A DNA stretch of 64,000 nucleotides from Candidatus Enterousia sp. (lineage in GTDB: Bacteria; Pseudomonadota; Alphaproteobacteria; Rs-D84), in contig JAZNVZ010000007.1 in the NCBI GenBank assembly GCA_045593065.1, positions 12,071-76,070 of the forward strand, in the 5' to 3' direction. Numbering within the stretch: position 1 is the stretch's first letter; the number at the start of each line of letters is the position of its first letter. Both the position numbers and the translations under genes were made by a program. Below, piece by piece: positions 57,654 to 64,000 of this stretch. The notes below the pieces were generated by a model. It did not search any database and was not told the origin of the DNA. It saw only the letters and a program-made list of their open reading frames with translations.

Positions 57654-59337
57654 ATTTGATTTGTTTTCACCACACCGCAACGACAATACCGCCCTATTCT
57701 GTGGTGGACGCGGCGCATCATGGGGCGAATTTGTTATGGATGTCGCACGCGCAGCAAATTATTTTTCACGCATCCAACACGATACGGTGATTTTATATGT
57801 GCCAAATGATATGTATTTGTTCTGTGTGTGCTTTATGGGACTGATTCAGGCGAACAAGGCCGTTGCATTGCCAGGAATGTTAACGCCGACAAACGCACCT
57901 GATTTGGCGGATTTAACCAATGTTATTGTATCCAATGCACCAAACGATTTCCCAGGGTTTGAAAAAATCGAACCGGTAATTGATGGCGCAACCGATTGGA
58001 ATTTTACCGACATTTCCAACGGTGTGATTTATTTCTTTACATCTGGGTCAACAGGGAAACCAAAACGCATTCGCAAAACCCTTTCCATGCTGTTGGCCGA
58101 GGTTTCTATGCATACCGATATGCACGCAACACAAATCGAGCAATCGCCTGTGGTAATTGCATCCATTGCACCGCATCACATGTATGGTTTATTGTGGCGC
58201 GTACTGTTTCCTATGTTGGCAGGATTGCGCATCGATACAGATATTATTTTCACACCCGAAGAACTGATAAATCGGCAATCAACATACAATAAAATTCTGT
58301 TTTTAACAACACCATCCTTTCTGGACGGCATAACAAGATACAATGACCAATACAAGTTCGCCAATAATTGTATCGGTATCTTCACATCAGGCAGTTTATT
58401 AAATCATGACACATCTGCCGCCGCGTATAAAATGTTTGGGACTTCGCCTTTTGAAGTATTTGGCAGTACCGAAACCGGTGGTGTCGCATATCGGCAACAG
58501 GCGGACACAGAAAACTGGACTATATTTACACCGGTTAATGTGTCGGTTGACGACAATCGTTTAACAATAAATTCTGCGTTTTCATTTATGAATCCTTATT
58601 TGATGTCTGATGCGGTCGAAATGTTGGACGGCGCACATTTCAAATTGTTGGGACGCGCAGACAGAATTGTTAAAATCGCCGAAGAACGCATTTCTTTGCC
58701 AGACATGGAAAATAAATTAAACCAAAACAATTTGGTCGCGCGTGCTTACTGTTGCGCGATAAAACGCGGCGCACGTGATGTTGTGGGGTGTATGTTGGAA
58801 CCAACGGCGGCGGGCGCGGAATACATCATACAACATGGTCGGCGCGCATTTGTTGATATTATCAAAAAATGTTTGGCTGAATTTGTGCCTGCGGTTGCAT
58901 TGCCACGGATTGTGCGAATTGTAAATCAAATCCCAACAAACACCCAGGGCAAATTTATCAAAAACGAAATTGTGGCATTAATGCAATCTGGGGTCGTTGA
59001 ACCAATTATGCAAAACGCAAAAAAAACAAACGAACAATTTGTTGCTGATTTAACTTTCTTGGGCGACAGTGCATATTTCGTTGGGCATTTCACAGATTGC
59101 CCTATTTTGCCTGGGGTTATTCAATTACATTTTGTATTTATGTATATTCGCCAATTTTTTCATTTGGATGCTGCGACATTTGATGTGATTAAATTAAAAT
59201 TCACTTCTTTGATTTTGCCAAACACATTAACGCATTTCGAATTAGTACGATTGAATGAACATGAATTTTCTTTTTGTTATTCACAAAATGGGCAACCTTG
59301 TTCGGCTGGCAAAATTAACATTCAGGGGACAAAATAA
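57646..59337 (+). CDS. Acyl-ACP synthetase (AMP-binding) fused to dehydratase (ApeH/ApeI-like)
   Basis: FTSGSTGKPK, HHMYG, FGSTETGG, LLGR.DR; C-terminal F.GHF...PILPGV.Q. Confidence 0.88.
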   Translation: MSRFDLFSPHRNDNTALFCGGRGASWGEFVMDVARAANYFSRIQHDTVILYVPNDMYLFCVCFMGLIQANKAVALPGMLTPTNAPDLADLTNVIVSNAPNDFPGFEKIEPVIDGATDWNFTDISNGVIYFFTSGSTGKPKRIRKTLSMLLAEVSMHTDMHATQIEQSPVVIASIAPHHMYGLLWRVLFPMLAGLRIDTDIIFTPEELINRQSTYNKILFLTTPSFLDGITRYNDQYKFANNCIGIFTSGSLLNHDTSAAAYKMFGTSPFEVFGSTETGGVAYRQQADTENWTIFTPVNVSVDDNRLTINSAFSFMNPYLMSDAVEMLDGAHFKLLGRADRIVKIAEERISLPDMENKLNQNNLVARAYCCAIKRGARDVVGCMLEPTAAGAEYIIQHGRRAFVDIIKKCLAEFVPAVALPRIVRIVNQIPTNTQGKFIKNEIVALMQSGVVEPIMQNAKKTNEQFVADLTFLGDSAYFVGHFTDCPILPGVIQLHFVFMYIRQFFHLDAATFDVIKLKFTSLILPNTLTHFELVRLNEHEFSFCYSQNGQPCSAGKINIQGTK

Positions 59338-60068
59338 TGTTTAATCCGGTGATTATTGTTCCTTGTTATAACCATGCAGATGCGTTTGAAAATTTTGGGC
59401 GCAAATTGGCAACATTGAAAATGCCTGTAATGGTTATTGATGACGGCAGCATGCCGGCACAATCCCGTAAATTGCGTGATATTTGTCGCGAACATGAATT
59501 CAAATACATTCATGCGTTCCCAAATGGTGGCAAAGGTGCTGCGTTAAAGATTGGATTTCGCGCCGCGTTGGATGATGGTTATACTCACGCATTGCAAATT
59601 GATGCAGATGGACAACACAATATTAACGATATACATGAATTTTTAGGTTTAGCAGAAAACAATCCTGATAAAATGATTATCGGGCAACCCGTGTATGATG
59701 CCAGTGCACCATTCGCACGAAAATTCGGTCGTAAAATCACAAATTTTTGGGTGGCGATTGAAACACTAAATTTTCATATGCCTGATGCAATGTGCGGATT
59801 TCGGGTATATCCGTTAAAACAGACCTGTGCCATTTTGGGCAAATTACATTTCAATCGCATGGGATTTGATATTGAAATTTTGGTTAAACTGTATTGGGCG
59901 GGTGTAAATCCAATTATAAAAACAACAAATGTTATATATCCTAAAAATGGGTCTTCCAATTTTCATGTATTTCGTGATAATGTTTTTATCAGTTTAATGC
60001 ATACTTATTTGTGTTTAATTGCGCCATGGAATTTAATCAAAAGAATTTTTATAAAGAAAGGGAGATAA
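59337..60068 (+). CDS. Glycosyltransferase family 2 (ApeJ N-terminal-like)
   Basis: P.YNH, DDGS, GGKG, QIDADGQH, CGFR.YPL. Confidence 0.9.
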   Translation: MFNPVIIVPCYNHADAFENFGRKLATLKMPVMVIDDGSMPAQSRKLRDICREHEFKYIHAFPNGGKGAALKIGFRAALDDGYTHALQIDADGQHNINDIHEFLGLAENNPDKMIIGQPVYDASAPFARKFGRKITNFWVAIETLNFHMPDAMCGFRVYPLKQTCAILGKLHFNRMGFDIEILVKLYWAGVNPIIKTTNVIYPKNGSSNFHVFRDNVFISLMHTYLCLIAPWNLIKRIFIKKGR

Positions 60069-60070
60069 AA

Positions 60071-60655
60071 ATGAAAAAATTTTTGATGTTGATGACATTA
60101 ATTTTGTCCGGGTCGGCGGTTGCGGCACCGATTACAGAAATGCCTGAACGACTGGGACAATTTACTGAAAACCTGGATACGGTTTCTGCCACATTCCGCC
60201 AGACAAAAATTATTCCTGATTCTGTTAAAAAATTTAGTTCGTCTGGCCAGGTAAAATTTCACAAAGGTATTGGTTTTATTTGGAAACAGCAAAAACCAAA
60301 TGCACAAACTTTTATTTCCACCACAGACCGATATTGCATAAATGGTCGCGTGCGTGATTTAACATCTATGCCATATTTTTACTATGTGCGCAGTATTATT
60401 GACGACACATTAAATGGTGATGTTGATGCATTAAATACTGTGTTTTTTGTTGATTATAATGAATATAACGCCAATCAATGGCAATTAACCGCGCGGCCAC
60501 GTTTGACATCTGTGCGCGATTTTGTGCAAGAATTTGTTATGTATGGCACAATTACTGATTTAGATAAAATTGTTATGACATATCAGGACGGCACGATTAT
60601 TATTATTGAATTCAAACGCATGAACACCGAAATCCCAGATGAAATTAATTGTTAA
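60071..60655 (+). CDS. LolA-like carrier protein (ApeL-like)
   Basis: Signal peptide; F.Q.K......F.SSG......G..W....P. Confidence 0.75.
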   Translation: MKKFLMLMTLILSGSAVAAPITEMPERLGQFTENLDTVSATFRQTKIIPDSVKKFSSSGQVKFHKGIGFIWKQQKPNAQTFISTTDRYCINGRVRDLTSMPYFYYVRSIIDDTLNGDVDALNTVFFVDYNEYNANQWQLTARPRLTSVRDFVQEFVMYGTITDLDKIVMTYQDGTIIIIEFKRMNTEIPDEINC

Positions 60656-62774
60656 AAAAATAATCTTTATCGGTTTAATTTTGGTTGGCGCAATAATTAC
60701 ATTGATGCGTCCAGGCGGAATACATTTTCAAACAGATTTAACATCATTGATAAAAATGGATTCAAATGATGATTGGCCAATAGCAGATATTACCAATCAA
60801 TTTTCCAATGTGATGAATGTTGTTATTCAAACAACCGAACGCATAAATGGCGAAATAATTGCCACCCATGTACGCGACATTGTGGACGAATTTGATAGCA
60901 TGGAAATTATGACAGCATCGGTCGCACCGCGCGAATTTGTAAGTTCATTGGGACAATATAAAAACTTTTTCATCAGTACACAGTATCGCGAACTGATGAA
61001 ACAAAATGATTTTGCATCAATAACAAAATTGGCGGTCAATCGTGTTGAATCGTCTGTGGCGCCAAACATGTTGTCGTTGCAAGACGACCCGTTTTTATTA
61101 GTTTCAAATTATATTACTGAATTAAACAGTGGTGGCAACGGGTGGATTCCCCAAGATGGCATTTTATGGCAATATCGATCGCCAAATAATTTTTATATGA
61201 TACCGATAAAAATTAACATTGATGACAACGATATGTTGGCTGACACGGTTATAAAATTTCAATCACGTGTATATAATTTACAGAACGACAAAACACAAAT
61301 TTATATTGGTGGCACGCCCGTACACACAGCACAAATGTATAATGCCAGCAAAACTGAAATCGGTATATTGTCGGCGATTGCGTTGATAATGATTATCGTA
61401 TTAAATTACATTCTGTTTCGTAAAATACGAACAATTATTCCTATTGGCATCAGTTTATGTGTTGGGTATTTGACCGGAATAATCGCCCTGTTTTTATGCT
61501 TTGGCACACCACATATATTGGTATTTGTATTCGGCACAACATTGGTTGGATTAGGTATAGATTATTCATTACACACAATTTGCGCGGGTCCAGACAACAA
61601 AACAACCAATAAAAACATTTTGCATTCATTGATTACGACAATTATATGTTTTGCACCATTGATGTTTTCATCGGTTGAATTACTGCGTCAAATTTCTGTA
61701 TTCACGATTATTGGATTGATTGCGATATATTTATTTATTCGTCTGTTTGTTAATACGCATGCGAAATGTATGATTAATTTCGCGCCAAAACCAGTCAGGA
61801 AAAAATTCCGCACGCCAATTATTGCAACAATATTTGTTGTTATCATTGCGGCAATATTCACTGCAAAAACAGAAAATAATATGTCGGCAATTTATCGTCC
61901 AAATGCAGAACTGGCGGCGGCAGAACGCGTGATTGGCGAATTAAATGGCACAAAGGACAGTGGTTTTTTAATTGTGCGTGGTGAAACATTGCAAGAAATT
62001 TTGGAAACCCAAGAAAAATTGCGCGATGATGGCACGGATTTTTTTGGTATATCAAATGTAATTCCTTCGTTAAAAAGACAAAACGAAAACCAAGAATATG
62101 TGCAAAAACTCTATGCGTCCCAGGCAAAAAAAATCCGCACAGCATTGGCATTGAAAAACACACCACAATTTAAGGCATGTGATGCATTAACATTGGAAAA
62201 TGCTGGGGCGATTGGGGATGTTATGAAAAAATTCCTGATTGAATCAAACGGTTTTATCTATTCAGTCAGCACGATTACTGGCGCGCCGACAATAAACGAT
62301 ACAAACGCGCGCGTGGTACAACCTGCAAAAACAATCGAACAAACAATGACACAATATACTATGAACGCGTACCGTTTATTGACGATATGCGGTGTGGCAT
62401 TAATGATTGCATTGTTTGCAATGTATCGCCGTCATGCATTAAGATATATTGGGCCTGCGATAATGGGCGCGGGTGCCGCAGTTGCGATAATCACGATATT
62501 GGGTATGCCGTTAACATTTTTCCATTTTTTGGCGTTGTTTATCGTGGTGGGGTTGGGCCTGGATTACGCGATATTTCATATAAACACAAATTCAGCGAAT
62601 GAATTACGCGCAACATTTTATTCTTTTTTGACCAGTTTTATTGGATTTGGACTGTTGGCATTTACCAGTTTCTTTGTAATTGCGGCAATGGGGATTACAT
62701 TGGCGATTGGAATTGCAGTTGCGTATTTAACATCACTGTATCTGTTCAGGGGCGGCACCGATAAAGTGCGGTAA
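60639..62774 (+). CDS. MMPL/RND-type exporter (ApeM-like)
   Basis: Two TM bundles with G.G.DY motifs; DPF. Confidence 0.85.
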   Translation: MKLIVKKIIFIGLILVGAIITLMRPGGIHFQTDLTSLIKMDSNDDWPIADITNQFSNVMNVVIQTTERINGEIIATHVRDIVDEFDSMEIMTASVAPREFVSSLGQYKNFFISTQYRELMKQNDFASITKLAVNRVESSVAPNMLSLQDDPFLLVSNYITELNSGGNGWIPQDGILWQYRSPNNFYMIPIKINIDDNDMLADTVIKFQSRVYNLQNDKTQIYIGGTPVHTAQMYNASKTEIGILSAIALIMIIVLNYILFRKIRTIIPIGISLCVGYLTGIIALFLCFGTPHILVFVFGTTLVGLGIDYSLHTICAGPDNKTTNKNILHSLITTIICFAPLMFSSVELLRQISVFTIIGLIAIYLFIRLFVNTHAKCMINFAPKPVRKKFRTPIIATIFVVIIAAIFTAKTENNMSAIYRPNAELAAAERVIGELNGTKDSGFLIVRGETLQEILETQEKLRDDGTDFFGISNVIPSLKRQNENQEYVQKLYASQAKKIRTALALKNTPQFKACDALTLENAGAIGDVMKKFLIESNGFIYSVSTITGAPTINDTNARVVQPAKTIEQTMTQYTMNAYRLLTICGVALMIALFAMYRRHALRYIGPAIMGAGAAVAIITILGMPLTFFHFLALFIVVGLGLDYAIFHINTNSANELRATFYSFLTSFIGFGLLAFTSFFVIAAMGITLAIGIAVAYLTSLYLFRGGTDKVR

Positions 62775-63212
62775 TTCATCGCCAGTGGTCGCAACGCAAA
62801 TCATATAATCACCCAGTTTATAAAATCGTGTTGTGGTCGGTGTGGCGGGTTGCATTTTATAACGCGCCTCGGTCGATGTAAACGCACGATAAAATTCGTC
62901 AGCGGTACTTATACCATTTACACCTAAAAACGCACCTGCGGCGGAAAAATCGCGCTTTATTGTGGTATTTTCTATATCAACCCCGATTGGTGTATTCGCA
63001 CCGGCAACAACAACCCAATTATCTTTGTGAGAAATAGACACATATTGAAACCGCCCAGTCAAATCATTGGCGATACTGTGCGCGCATAAAAATTGGTCTG
63101 CGCGGCGATTACGCGTAAAATGGTGGTACCGCGCCAGTTGTGGTGGGGTCAATTTTTTCAACAAATCTGTTTTGTTGCAAATGTCAGTTAAATTTGATAT
63201 ATAAATGTCCAT
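62733..63212 (-). CDS. 4'-phosphopantetheinyl transferase (Sfp-type)
   Basis: SISH, IGVDIE, F...EA..K. Confidence 0.75.
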   Translation of the reverse strand: MDIYISNLTDICNKTDLLKKLTPPQLARYHHFTRNRRADQFLCAHSIANDLTGRFQYVSISHKDNWVVVAGANTPIGVDIENTTIKRDFSAAGAFLGVNGISTADEFYRAFTSTEARYKMQPATPTTTRFYKLGDYMICVATTGDELPHFIGAAPEQIQ

Positions 63213-63251
63213 ACGCCAAATATAACACAATTATAACCAAAGGCAAGACGC

Positions 63252-64000
63252 ATGACAAATTGGTACCAAATGCGTGAACGCGGTGCAGGAAAATACAGGA
63301 TGGAATTCCTGTGGGTCGTTTATCGCGTATTTGGTTTGCGTGTATTGAAATTCGTGGTGCGCATAATTGCGTGGGTGGTGGCAACATTTGCGCCAGGGGC
63401 ACGCAACGCATCGCGCCAGTATCGCTTGGCATTAAACGAATATGAAAAAAATCACAATTTGAAATTATCGCGGTTTTCCAGCACCGCGCACATTTGCGAA
63501 TTTGCGGCATCTGTGGTTGATAAAATGTCCGCGATTTGCGATAAAAAAACTCCGCTGAAATTCGCGGTGGCAGACACCGCAGGTTGGCATAAATTACAAG
63601 AATTACTGGCGGCGCAGCGCGGTGCATTTTTTATCTGTTCGCACATGGGGAATATCGAAACATGGGGCGCAATGCCCAGTGGCGCAGATGTTCATATGCA
63701 CGCGTTTATGGATGTCGCAATCAATCGTCAATTTCGTGATTTTATGGCACGCCATGCGAAATACACAAACACAACAATTCACCCAACAGAAAACATAGGT
63801 GTTGCGATGGCTGGGGAAATGTACGGCGCACTAAAACGGGGCGAATTGGTAATGATGGCGGGCGATAGGATTTCTCCAAATGCGCCAGACAAAGTGATAA
63901 ATGTAAAGATATTAGATAAAAATTGTGCATTGCCGATGGGGGTATTTAGATTTGCACGCGCATGCGATGCGCCGGTGTTTGCGGTCACGGCGGTGAATAT
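63252..64000 (+). CDS. LpxL-like acyltransferase (ApeJ C-terminal-like), runs off the window
   Basis: MTNWYQMRERG start, SHMGNIE, L.RGE.V...GDR, P.G. Confidence 0.75.
   Translation, partial: MTNWYQMRERGAGKYRMEFLWVVYRVFGLRVLKFVVRIIAWVVATFAPGARNASRQYRLALNEYEKNHNLKLSRFSSTAHICEFAASVVDKMSAICDKKTPLKFAVADTAGWHKLQELLAAQRGAFFICSHMGNIETWGAMPSGADVHMHAFMDVAINRQFRDFMARHAKYTNTTIHPTENIGVAMAGEMYGALKRGELVMMAGDRISPNAPDKVINVKILDKNCALPMGVFRFARACDAPVFAVTAVN

Overview
Chromosomal window from an AT-rich alphaproteobacterium. The housekeeping genes (dnaB, parC, priA, carD, bamE, zapA, holA-lptE) look alphaproteobacterial, and PFOR, AckA and class III RNR suggest an anaerobic, probably gut-type, lineage (inference). 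The standout is 3.8-16.2 kb: a compact podovirus (T7/BPP-1-like) head-tail module with hydrolase, holin-like protein, scaffold, major capsid, tail tubular A/B, ejection-like protein, terminase, portal and Bbp19-like protein. It has no integrase, att site or phage replication genes and is interleaved with host genes. The large terminase is split into separate ATPase and nuclease ORFs by three opposite-strand genes that include the host dnaB, and the cluster promoter is followed by tandem intrinsic terminators. This looks like a domesticated, GTA-like particle system of podoviral origin. Other items: a GIY-YIG nuclease flanked by CGTC-tagged palindromic repeats; an array of single-gene cassettes separated by att-like repeats behind tRNA-Glu; interrupted tRNA-Ser half copies; a candidate structured RNA; a split NrdD; and an aryl-polyene-type type II PKS cluster whose divergent start codons sit in a perfect 16-bp inverted repeat. 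All calls come from motif recognition by eye; no database searches were run.
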